Program-made: the position numbers and the translations under genes | The notes under the pieces: model-generated | What the model was told of the DNA's origin: nothing | Database searches by the model: none | Seen by the model: the letters and a program-made list of their open reading frames with translations, nothing else | Origin: Thermoanaerobaculia bacterium | GTDB taxonomy: Bacteria; Acidobacteriota; Thermoanaerobaculia; Gp7-AA8 | Length of the DNA stretch: 64,000 nucleotides | Direction: 5' to 3' | Assembly (NCBI GenBank): GCA_036398925.1 | Contig: DASWOB010000096.1 | Coordinates: 67,285 to 131,284 of the forward strand | Part shown: positions 17,201-26,289 of the stretch, one piece after another | Numbering within the stretch: the stretch's first letter is position 1 | Layout of the letters: each line of letters begins with the position of its first letter

Positions 17201-17389
17201 ACCGTCGCGAAGGTCCCCTTCGTCCGCGGCGAAGAAGCGGCGCTGCTGCGTCTCGCCCGCCGCGCCCATCAAGGCAGCGACGTGCAGGACGAGATCGATG
17301 CGCTCGTTGGCCGGTTGTATGGCTTGGCCGAGGGCGAGCTCGCGACGTTGAAGTCCTTCATCGCCTGGAGGCTCCGTGACCCTCGCTGA
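14246..17389 (+). CDS. MmeI/PglX-like type IIG-architecture N6-adenine DNA methyltransferase with C-terminal target-recognition domain; N-terminal degenerate PD-ExK-like motif
   Basis: 1047 aa; motifs GSFYTPREIV (X), LLDPACGSGAFLL (I), DIVAGNPPW (IV), helical-domain motifs SRLLFLSFVQEKGWL and PYLNGGLFEP, TRD motif FMGVKTGDNRNFFLD; N-terminal FDLFVLTGNVHEK. Confidence 0.85.
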   Translation: MLSPSDLHGADALSLLRLLGYPVAPVDVDAEEWRRGGVQIPFAEGTHGDTRFQLAVRLRAFDLFVLTGNVHEKDISQFLRDYNQYNQATKSVLIHQSPSINNNQVGNQSHEPSHKPLALYDLAGRTLRRLDVDLARPTPHSLGRLNLLTAGPESELPRIFDRALDRESVGRQFFLRFRQAVYDVAASLRAAFPDEPKEAVDGEALLILSRLLFLSFVQEKGWLNGERRFLADRLAHEVRRGREWFSGVLLPLFFGCLNTPLHERTLAARRLGRIPYLNGGLFEPSPFERRHRELHLPNELMQRVVEELFEKFDFCIDETGDAESAAAGTRVDPEMLGKVFESLMAGGERAASGSFYTPREIVDTLTEKAIVHWLGEGEPEQLAARLETITLLDPACGSGAFLLSALGVIERLHRRLTGQAPPGLRRRIIERSLYGVDLEPRAVRLCELRLWLAIVASTPPAIDVAIEEVPPLPNLDRNIMQGNSLLAPTDFLGDGRADVYRDWLYALRTQQDLLERYRTASHAQRPLIARILRGNDQRLASELLAKSIDAAEQELARRTTPRHDLFGRVVPADAEACRALQERIAGLQRKLDRVEDGSLDFFSFDVHFAPVMAAGGFDIVAGNPPWVRNSRIDASTKAMLADRYTLFRPSASGAAFHQPDLSVTFFERALQLAAPGGVVALLMPSKILGSAYAAPLRRLAAERTTILSIDDWSDDPRRRAWFDADTFPLGILCANGRERGSVAVSAGGPVAVSAGGQAFTLPQASLRESGEWSLLPADVARILSRLRRQHPPLAEVLGRKPFMGVKTGDNRNFFLDVEELRGDTVRLRDGLELPLTAVCRCVRGRDVRRWSSGGSHWMLWPPRGRGGKEAAGWPSPPHWLRQFATMRRIDPRAVRLSFVRPEHVGIKVAWKDLSRGMAATVLPDQVTIGAHSVPLVPNQTLYALDAVSMEEAYVLTALLNSAVVDALLLAVGDRAKDAHFRYFGRTVAKVPFVRGEEAALLRLARRAHQGSDVQDEIDALVGRLYGLAEGELATLKSFIAWRLRDPR

Positions 17390-18995
17390 GCATCAACGCG
17401 AAGCGGTCGCACGCGCCGAAGCGACGCTCGCCGCACGCGGCGGAGTGATCCTGGCGGACGAGGTCGGCCTCGGCAAGTCGTTCGTCGCCGCGGAGCTGAT
17501 GCGCCGCGCACAGCATGCCGAGCTGGTCATCCCCAATGCACTCGTCTCGCAGTGGCGCGAAACGCTGGCCACGTTCCACGTCGAGGCCGAGCTCTTCACG
17601 CACGACCGCATCCCGCCGGAGTGCAGCGCGCGCCCAAGGCTCATGGTGGTCGACGAAGCGCACGCCTTCCGCAACCCGAAGACCCGCCGCTACGCCGCGC
17701 TCGCGCAACGGAGCGTCGGAGCCCGCCTGCTCCTCGTCACCGCCACGCCGATCTGCAACAGCGTCGCGGACCTCGAAGCGCTGGTGCGGCTCTTCGCGCG
17801 GGATGACCTTCTGGCGGACCTCGGTGTGCCGTCGCTCGACGTCGCCTTCGCCACGGGAGATGCCGAAGCACTCGCCATCATCGTCAACGCCCTGGTGATT
17901 CGAAGAGATCGCAGCGTGCTGACGGACGACCTCCGCTTCGGCGAGCTCGAACGCCGCGTAGTCCGCCACCCGATCTTCACCGCCGCCGGTGAGGTCGCCC
18001 GGCTGATCGATGTGCTGCAGTTTCCGCTCGTCGGCGACCACGTCATTCTTCGCCGTTTCCTCTGGCGCCGGCTCGAATCGAGCGAAGCGGCGCTCCTCGA
18101 ATCGCTCCGCCGCCAGCTGCGGTTCTATGAGCGCGCGCGGCACTGCATCGCCAGTGGACGCACGCTGCCGAAACGCGATTACCGCCGCGCCTTCGGTCAT
18201 GAGGAAGATCGCGATGTCTTCCAGCAGGTGCTCTTCTGGGAGATGTTCGCGCCGGCGGGTGAGGCCGATCCGCACGCGATCGATGAAGAGGTGGCACGCC
18301 TCGAAGCGCTGGTCGCCTGCATCGCGCTCTCACCACGTACGAAGGTGAACCAGTTGATGGAGCTCGTGAGAGAGGAACGCGAGCCGATGCTGATCTTCAC
18401 CGGCGCGGCCGCCACCGCGTTCGAGCTGTACGACGCGCTCCGCGAGATCCGCAGATGCGGCGTCGTCACCGCGCGCGAGCGCTCCCGCGACGCCGTGCTC
18501 GACGCCTTCCAGCGCGGGCGCATCGACGTGCTCATCTCCACCGACCTCGCCGCGGAAGGGCTCAACCTCCAGCGCGCGGGCGTGGTCGTGCATTACGACA
18601 TCCCTTGGAATCCGGTGAAGCTCGACCAGCGCAACGGCCGCGCGCATCGCATCGGCCAGACCCGCGACTCCGTCCGCGCGATCTACTTTCTACCGGGGGG
18701 CTCCGAGACCCGGATCGTCGAGACGATCGCCAAGAAGAACCGGGTGCGGCGGCGGGTTCTGCAAAGCGGCATCGCTGCTGCCGCGGCTCGAAATCAGCGC
18801 ACCCTGCGGCCGCGCATTGCAGGCGATGCAGCCATCCTGGCCTTTGCGGATGCGGCGCGGCGCGCCGGCCTCACGTTGCCGGAGTCGCTCTACCGGCGTC
18901 ATCGCGCCGGCGGCGAGCTCCTGCTGCGGACCATGGCGGCGGAGAGACTCGATGCGAGGAGGGTCGCGGACGTGGCGGCGCTGCTCTCTCGATGA
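17376..18995 (+). CDS. SNF2-family (SF2) helicase/ATPase, compact 539 aa
   Basis: Motif I ADEVGLGKS, II VVDEAHAFRN, III LLVTATPICNS, helicase C-terminal DVLISTDLAAEGLNLQ, HRIGQTR; 14-bp overlap with MTase gene. Confidence 0.9.
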   Translation: MTLAEHQREAVARAEATLAARGGVILADEVGLGKSFVAAELMRRAQHAELVIPNALVSQWRETLATFHVEAELFTHDRIPPECSARPRLMVVDEAHAFRNPKTRRYAALAQRSVGARLLLVTATPICNSVADLEALVRLFARDDLLADLGVPSLDVAFATGDAEALAIIVNALVIRRDRSVLTDDLRFGELERRVVRHPIFTAAGEVARLIDVLQFPLVGDHVILRRFLWRRLESSEAALLESLRRQLRFYERARHCIASGRTLPKRDYRRAFGHEEDRDVFQQVLFWEMFAPAGEADPHAIDEEVARLEALVACIALSPRTKVNQLMELVREEREPMLIFTGAAATAFELYDALREIRRCGVVTARERSRDAVLDAFQRGRIDVLISTDLAAEGLNLQRAGVVVHYDIPWNPVKLDQRNGRAHRIGQTRDSVRAIYFLPGGSETRIVETIAKKNRVRRRVLQSGIAAAAARNQRTLRPRIAGDAAILAFADAARRAGLTLPESLYRRHRAGGELLLRTMAAERLDARRVADVAALLSR

Positions 18996-18999
18996 TCCC

Positions 19000-20240
19000 C
19001 ACCCCGTCAGGCCGGCTTTCGGGGAGCGGGCGTCCCGCCGCATTGGCGCTAACTTTCCTTGGTGCTACCGTAACTTCATGAAACCACGTGTGGATGTGGA
19101 TGAGCGGGAGTGGGTTCAGTTTCAGTGGCCGTATCTGCTAGCGCTGCTCGGGGGAGAGGGGAAGGTCAACGAGCTGGCGTACCGGACGGGGGCGTTCGTT
19201 CGCAGGCGCGAGGTGCACTCGCCAGCGGACCTGTTGCAGATGTTGATGATCTGGGCCGTGGCCGGGCGGTCGCTGCGCGAGACGGTGGCGCTCGCGTCGG
19301 AAGCTGGTCTGGCGGAGCTGAGCGATGTGGCGCTCCTGAAGCGTTTGAAACGAGCCGGCCCGTGGTTCGGCGCAATGCTCGGAGTGATGTTGACAGAGCG
19401 GCGGACCGTGCTGCCTGAAGGTGTCCGCATCCGGGTGATTGATGCCACGGCCATCGCGCGTATTGGACATCGCGGTACGGATCTTCGCGTGCACCTGGGG
19501 ATGGATCTTGGATTGAATTGCATCGACGCGATCGAGGTCACCGATGGTCGCGGCTCGGAGAGCCTGGACCGGTTCACCTTCCTGCCGGGTGAGATCGTGC
19601 TCGCTGATCGAGGCTACGCGCACCGCAAGCCGCTGGCGCGTCTGAGCGAAACTGGAGCGAATTTCATCGTCCGGCTGCCGTGGGCATCGGTTCCATTGAA
19701 AGATCTCGAGGGCAAGCCGTTCGATCTCTTTGCGGCGCTGCGCAGTCTGCCGGACGCCCGTGCCGGCTCATTTCTCGTGCAGTTCGAGGTCTCGAAGACG
19801 AGCCGCGTCGCGTGTCGAGTAGTGGCGATTCGGAAGAGTGAGGCTACTGCGGAGCGGTCACGCCAGCGTGCCATCGCCGAGAGTCGCCGTCACGGCACGG
19901 CGATCGATCCTCGTACTCTCGAAGCAGCAGGCTACTTCTACGTAAATCACCAATTTGACGGATGAGTATTCAGCAGCACAGGTGCTCGAGCTGTATCGGC
20001 TGCGCTGGCAGATCGAGATGAAATTCAAGAACCTCAAATCGGTGCTGCATCTCGGCGAAGTACCGGCCCGCAGCCCCGAGCTGTTCAAGGCCTATGTGAT
20101 GGCGAAGCTGCTCGTCGCGTTGGTGATCGAAAACCTGCTGTTGGACGAGTCTTTTTCCCCCTGGGGCTACCCAATCGCGGCGAGACGCCCGGCGCTATCG
20201 GACCCGACCCCGCGACGCGACCTCCGCTGCGCGCTGCTAA
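19000..20240 (+). mobile_element. IS4-like insertion sequence remnant (boundaries approximate, terminal IRs not resolved)
   Basis: Contains frameshifted DDE transposase; sits between helicase stop and convergent GGDEF gene stop. Confidence 0.5.
19078..20200 (+). pseudogene. IS4-family DDE transposase, split by a frameshift near 19955-19965 (two overlapping ORFs)
   Basis: C-terminal Y-2-R-3-E-6-K signature LYRLRWQIEMKFKNLK in second ORF; N-terminal ORF 296 aa ends FYVNHQFDG; second frame runs on without a convincing in-element stop. Confidence 0.75.
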
Positions 20241-21268
20241 CCGTTCCGGAAGAGACGTTCCACGACGTTCCGGTCCGACGAGGGGTATTCGTACACCTCC
20301 GGACCGCGGCCGGGATGCTTGCGCAGCCACTTGTTCTTGTACATGTCGCGGTCGGCGGCGGTCATCAGCTGGACGAGCGTCGGCGCTTCGAGCAGCCGCG
20401 AGGAGGCGATGCCCGCCGAGATGCCGACGCTGAACGTCGTGCCGCCCGCGGACCATTCGATCTCGGCGACGGCGCTGCTGAGGCGCTCGCAGATCCGCTC
20501 GAGCACCGGCACGTCCAGACGCGGCACGGCGATCACGAACTCGTCCCCGCCGAAACGCGCCACCACGTCTTCGACCCGCGTATGCGTGTGCAGCGCCGTC
20601 GCGACGTCGCGCAGCACCTGATCGCCCGTCAGGTGCCCGTACGTGTCGTTCACATGCTTGAAGCCGTCGAGGTCGAGGAGGACGACGTTCACCACCACCC
20701 CCTCGGCCAGCAGCCGTTCGGCCTCCGAGATGAAGAAGCGGCGGTTGAACGCCCCCGTCAGGTCGTCGCGCGTCGCCAGCCCGTACAGATCGCGGATGGC
20801 GAGATCCATCGTCCGCTGCCGCGCCGCCAGCCGCCGGCCGGCCGTCAGCTTGGCGACGATCTCGCGCTCCGAGGAAGTCTTGGTGAGGAAGTCGTCGAAG
20901 CCGGCGTCGAGCGCCGTCAGCTTCGTATCGACGTCTTCCCGGCTGGTGAGCATCACCGCGTACAGCGCCTGGGTGGCTTCGTTCGCTCGGAGGCGCCCCA
21001 CGGTCTCGATGCCGGTCAGGCGCGGCATCTCGTGGTCGATGACCACCATGTCGTAGGTCCCGTGAGCGAGCCGGTCGAGCCCCGCCTGCCCGTCGTCCGC
21101 CGTGTCGACCCAGAAGCCGAGCCGGCGCGTCAGTGCGGCCACGTAGGCGCGGTAGTTCGTGTCGTCGTCCACCAGCAGGATGCGGAGCGGTTCGGCGGCT
21201 TCGTCTTGCCGGCGGTCTGGCGGGTCATTCATGGTCACGGTCTCGTCAGCATGAAACGTTCGCTCCAA
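20237..21268 (-). CDS. Response regulator with receiver + GGDEF diguanylate cyclase domains (PleD-like)
   Basis: LLVDDD receiver, GGDEF motif ARFGGDEF, RxxD I-site. Confidence 0.9.
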   Translation of the reverse strand: MERTFHADETVTMNDPPDRRQDEAAEPLRILLVDDDTNYRAYVAALTRRLGFWVDTADDGQAGLDRLAHGTYDMVVIDHEMPRLTGIETVGRLRANEATQALYAVMLTSREDVDTKLTALDAGFDDFLTKTSSEREIVAKLTAGRRLAARQRTMDLAIRDLYGLATRDDLTGAFNRRFFISEAERLLAEGVVVNVVLLDLDGFKHVNDTYGHLTGDQVLRDVATALHTHTRVEDVVARFGGDEFVIAVPRLDVPVLERICERLSSAVAEIEWSAGGTTFSVGISAGIASSRLLEAPTLVQLMTAADRDMYKNKWLRKHPGRGPEVYEYPSSDRNVVERLFRNG

Positions 21269-21334
21269 ACCGGGCGTGTCGATGTGATGACAGTCACGTC
21301 GAGCAAAGAATCGTCCCCGGGAACGGCCGCTTAT

Positions 21335-21447
21335 GCGATGAACGATGAGCGATGAACGATGAGCGATGAGCGATGAGCGATGAGCGAGGAACCGCTCGCG
21401 CGACGGCCGGGTTCATCGTTCATCTCTCATCGCTCATCTCTCGTCGC
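21335..21447. repeat. Hairpin element, CGATGAR family (copy 2, longest)
   Basis: (gatgaacgatgagc)n left arm, loop ggaaccgctcgcgcgacggccggg, right arm ttcatcgttcatctctcatcgctcatctctcgtcg; in divergent GGDEF/NtrC promoter region. Confidence 0.85.
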
Positions 21448-21512
21448 CCCCCCCCACCCGTGCGAGGCCGGTCACGCAAGTCTCAGCACCGCTCTCCCTA
21501 TAATCACCAGCC

Positions 21513-22908
<1,396 letters not shown>

Positions 22909-22922
<14 letters not shown>

Positions 22923-23421
22923 CCTGCTGGCCCTGCTGCTCTCTTTTTTTTCCGGATGCGCGAAAGATGAAGGAGTGACGCCCATGCCGGCCACCGGCCA
23001 CGCCAGCTCGATCGCCACGACCACCGCCGCCGGTGCGCCGCGGGTGATCTTCCCCGACGGTTTCGTGGTCAGCACCGAGATCGCAGCCGATGACCCGAGC
23101 CGGGCGCAGGGGCTGATGTTCCGCGATCAGCTCCGTCCCGGCACCGGGATGCTCTTCATCTTCCCGAGGATGGGGGAGTATCCGTTCTGGATGAAAGACA
23201 CCCTCATCCCGCTCGACATGATCTGGATCGACGAGTCGAAAAAGATCGTGGCCATGCACCAGAACGTGCCGCCGTGCAAGACGGAGATCTGCCCGAACTA
23301 TCCGCCGAAGGCGCCGTCGCGCTACGTCCTGGAAGTCGCCGGCGGCGTGGCGAAGGAGCACAACCTGAAGGTGGGCGACGTGCTGCGGTTCGAGAACACC
23401 GATTCGATCGCAGCGCGGTAG
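22909..23421 (+). CDS. DUF192-family lipoprotein
   Basis: Lipobox LLSFFSGC; conserved GMLFIF...FWMKDTLIPLDMIWID core. Confidence 0.75.
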
Positions 23422-23482
23422 GCCACGGAATCGCCGGACATCGGGGAATCGCTGCGCTCGGAGCGCTCGTTGCCACTGGCCG

Positions 23483-24337
23483 GTGACGTCCACGTTCCGA
23501 TCGCGCGGTGAGAACCTCCGCTCCGTCTTCGTTCTGCTGTTCCTGAACGTCGCCTTTTTTCTGCTCGAGCATCAGGACCCTGCCACCTATGCCCGTCTCT
23601 TCGCGTTCGACCGCGACGCGGTGAAGGGGGGCGAGGTCTGGCGCCTCGTCACCTATCAGTTCGCGCAGGCGGGCCACGGCTGGGTGGAGGCGCTGGCGCT
23701 CTTCATCACGTTGCTCCTCCTTTACCTGATGGGCTCCGCGCTGGAGGAGGAGTGGGGCACCCGCCACTTCCTGACCTTCTTCGGCATCTCCATCCTCGCG
23801 TCCGCCGGCGCGGCGGCGATGCTCGACATCACCCTGCTCCGCTCCTACTTTGTCTACTTTCCGCTGCTCTTCGCCTACGCCTCGGCGTTCCCGCAGGAAT
23901 CGTTCTATCTCCTCGGCGCGCCGGTCCGCTCGCGCGTCCTGGCCATGGCCTCGCTCGGCATCCTGCTCTACGGCGTCTACACCGGCGGCGCCGCGAACCT
24001 GGCCGCCCTCGCCGGCGCCATCGGCGGCTACGCGTACTTTCTGAGCCAGCGCAAGCGGAGACCTGTCCCCGTGGCGGTCGCGCCGCCCGCCCCGCAGCTC
24101 GCCCGCGTCGACGCCGCCGCCATCCGGAACGCGGCCCGCTTCGTAGCGATGAAGCAGGTCATGGCCGGCGCGAACCCGAGCGAGCGCGAGCGTCTATCGA
24201 TCCAGTACGAGCGCGAGAGCGTGAAGGGCGTGAACATCTGCCCGCCGGCCGACTACAAGCCGGAGAGCCACGACGGGTACTGCATCCGCTGCGAAGGCTT
24301 CGCGGAGTGCGCCGCGCGGTACCTGCGCGCGCAGTGA
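23483..24337 (+). CDS. Rhomboid-like polytopic membrane protein, predicted catalytically inactive, with C-terminal Cys-rich cytoplasmic tail
   Basis: L1/TM2 signature EVWRLVTYQFAQAGHGWVEALALF..LEEEWGTRHF; no GxSG serine motif and no TM6 His (AANLAALAGAIGG); tail CPPADYK..YCIRCEGFAEC. Confidence 0.6.
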   Translation: MTSTFRSRGENLRSVFVLLFLNVAFFLLEHQDPATYARLFAFDRDAVKGGEVWRLVTYQFAQAGHGWVEALALFITLLLLYLMGSALEEEWGTRHFLTFFGISILASAGAAAMLDITLLRSYFVYFPLLFAYASAFPQESFYLLGAPVRSRVLAMASLGILLYGVYTGGAANLAALAGAIGGYAYFLSQRKRRPVPVAVAPPAPQLARVDAAAIRNAARFVAMKQVMAGANPSERERLSIQYERESVKGVNICPPADYKPESHDGYCIRCEGFAECAARYLRAQ

Positions 24338-24399
24338 GCGGTCCGCGGCGGAGCCGCCCGTGTGGTGTGGCTTCCAGCCCACCCCTGGTTGCCTGCCGG

Positions 24400-25158
24400 T
24401 TACTCGGCGGCGGCGCCGCCGCCGCCACCCTCACCACCACCCCCACCGCGACGGCGGCGACGGAAGCGGCGGCGTTTGCGCGCTTCGCTTCCCTCGGCAC
24501 CGGCGGCAGCGCTCTCCGGTGCGGGGGCGCCTTCGGGGCGGGGCGGACGGGGCTCGCGGGGCGGGCGGTCGCCTCGCGGCTCACGCGGAGGACGGGGCGG
24601 GCGCGGCTCGCGCGGCGGCTGCGGTTCGCCGCCCTGCGGTTGCTGCTGCTGCTGCTGACCCTGCGGCTGCGCGGGGCGATCGGCTCCGCCGCGGCCGCGA
24701 CGGCGGCGGCGCTTGCGGGCCGCTCCCCCCTCGGGCGAGACGGCGCCGTTCTGCGGCTGCAGTTCCGGATCGCGCGGCGTCTGCTGCTGCTGTTGTTGTT
24801 GCTGCTGTTGCGGACGGCGCTGGCGCTGCTGCTGTTGCTGCGGCTCGCCGCCGCCGCGCTGGCGTTGCTGCTGCTGCTGTTTGCCGCCGCCGCGCTGCTG
24901 CGGTTGCTGCTGCCCTCCGCGCTGGGGACGTTCGCCGCGGCCGGGCCGGCCTCCGCCGCGACCTTCCTCCCGTTTCGGGGAAGGCTTGCCGGTCCCGGTG
25001 CGCTGCTCGAACTCGCGAACCTTCTTCTCCATGAAACGGCGGAGGTGCTGGTCCTGGCGGAGGCGCAGTTCATCGTGCCCGCAGTAGGGGCAGCGCTTCC
25101 ATCCCTCGGGGTAGGTCTTTTTACAGGCCGAACAGGTGATGCTTTTGGGCAGCGGCAT
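24400..25158 (-). CDS. Zinc-ribbon protein with ~200-aa Q/R/G/P-rich low-complexity tail
   Basis: N-terminal MPLPKSITCSACKKTYPEGWKRCPYCGH (CxxC..CxxC); remainder CAG/CGC-rich repeats; plus-strand ORFs over same DNA rejected. Confidence 0.6.
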   Translation of the reverse strand: MPLPKSITCSACKKTYPEGWKRCPYCGHDELRLRQDQHLRRFMEKKVREFEQRTGTGKPSPKREEGRGGGRPGRGERPQRGGQQQPQQRGGGKQQQQQRQRGGGEPQQQQQRQRRPQQQQQQQQQQTPRDPELQPQNGAVSPEGGAARKRRRRRGRGGADRPAQPQGQQQQQQPQGGEPQPPREPRPPRPPREPRGDRPPREPRPPRPEGAPAPESAAAGAEGSEARKRRRFRRRRRGGGGGEGGGGGAAAE

Positions 25159-25190
25159 CGCGAATCGGCGCGCATTGTACACTTCGCGAC

Positions 25191-25382
25191 GTGGACGAAG
25201 ACCGCCGCCGGACGCTGCTGTCACTGATCGAACTGGCGGATGGAAATTCGCCGAACGCCTGCTGGGACGACCGGCGGGCGATGGAGCTGCTCCGGTCGCG
25301 ATCGACGGCCGACGAGCTGCGCGAGCTCGGCGCGACCGAAGAGCTGATCGAGCACGTCTTCGCGGAGGAACATGCCGGCTAA
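25191..25382 (+). CDS. Small hypothetical protein (63 aa) overlapping queD start
   Basis: High GC3 ORF, 11-nt overlap with queD; no recognisable motif. Confidence 0.35.
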   Translation: MDEDRRRTLLSLIELADGNSPNACWDDRRAMELLRSRSTADELRELGATEELIEHVFAEEHAG

Positions 25383-25755
25383 GTTCACCGTCCGCGTCGA
25401 GGCGCGGTTCGAGGCGGCCCACTACCTGCGCGAGTACCGCGGGATCTCGGAGCCGCTGCACGGTCACTCGTACAAGGTCGAGGCCGACCTGGCCGGCCGC
25501 GGCGGCGGGCTCGATGCCGACGCCATCGCCGTCGACTTCGTCAGCGCCAAGCGGAAACTGGAAGCACTGGCGAAGCAGCTCGACTACGGTTGTATCAATG
25601 ACGTGGCGCCGTTCACGGAGATCAATCCCTCGGCGGAGAACATCGCCGAATGGTTCGCCCGCGAATTGCAGTCGGCCGTCGAGGAGGAAAGCGCCGTGGT
25701 GGTGGCCGTGACGGTGTGGGAGGGTCCGGTCAACTCCGTGACCATTCGTCCATGA
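25372..25755 (+). CDS. queD: 6-carboxy-5,6,7,8-tetrahydropterin synthase (PTPS family)
   Basis: FEAAHYL...HGHSY zinc/catalytic motifs, 127 aa. Confidence 0.9.
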   Translation: MPAKFTVRVEARFEAAHYLREYRGISEPLHGHSYKVEADLAGRGGGLDADAIAVDFVSAKRKLEALAKQLDYGCINDVAPFTEINPSAENIAEWFARELQSAVEEESAVVVAVTVWEGPVNSVTIRP

Positions 25756-26282
25756 ACAAGCTTCCGAATCACACCGCCCTCAAAGAGTGGTCGAACGTCG
25801 TCGCCGCGCTGGGACGCGGCGAGCAGGTCGTGCTCATCCGCAAAGGGGGGATCGCCGATCCGGCCTTCGGGCTCGAGGCCGATCGCTTCTACCTCTATCC
25901 CACCTATTTTCATCAGGGGGAGTCGGAGAACCGGCCGCTCGTCTCGATCACGCACTGGTGCGAGGTGGTGAAGAGCTGGAGCGTCACCGACTCGGCCAGG
26001 CTCGACGCGCTGCAGTCGCAGGTCGTGCTGCCGCGCGAGACGCTCGAGGCGCGCTTCAAGTTCCGCGCGGACCAGGCGCTGTTCGTCATCGCCGTGCGGA
26101 CGTTCGCGCTCGCGCGGCCGGCACCGGTGCGCTTCCGCGAGGAGTACGGCGGCTGCCGGAGCTGGGTCAGCGTCGAGGAAGAGATCGACGTGGATGGCTC
26201 GCTGCAGGTGCTGCTGGAGGAGGCTCTGCGGACGAAAGTCGCGGAGCTCGAGGAGCTGCTGAGTTCCGTTGCCGTGAGCTGA
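25752..26282 (+). CDS. Conserved hypothetical protein (DUF1802-like)
   Basis: Start at MNKLPNHTALKEW, ATGA overlap with queD; antisense 333-aa ORF rejected. Confidence 0.6.
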   Translation: MNKLPNHTALKEWSNVVAALGRGEQVVLIRKGGIADPAFGLEADRFYLYPTYFHQGESENRPLVSITHWCEVVKSWSVTDSARLDALQSQVVLPRETLEARFKFRADQALFVIAVRTFALARPAPVRFREEYGGCRSWVSVEEEIDVDGSLQVLLEEALRTKVAELEELLSSVAVS

Positions 26283-26289
26283 GGCGGCG

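Noticed and set aside
19955-21355. 466-aa plus ORF continuing beyond the transposase C-terminus
   Set aside because: After the YREK region it runs antisense through the GGDEF gene. Only the first ~80 codons are transposase-like.
23752-25227. 491-aa and 224-aa plus-strand ORFs over the Q/R-rich region
   Set aside because: They are pure low-complexity Arg/Ala/Leu frames. The minus frame has a bona fide zinc-ribbon N-terminus and an ATG start.
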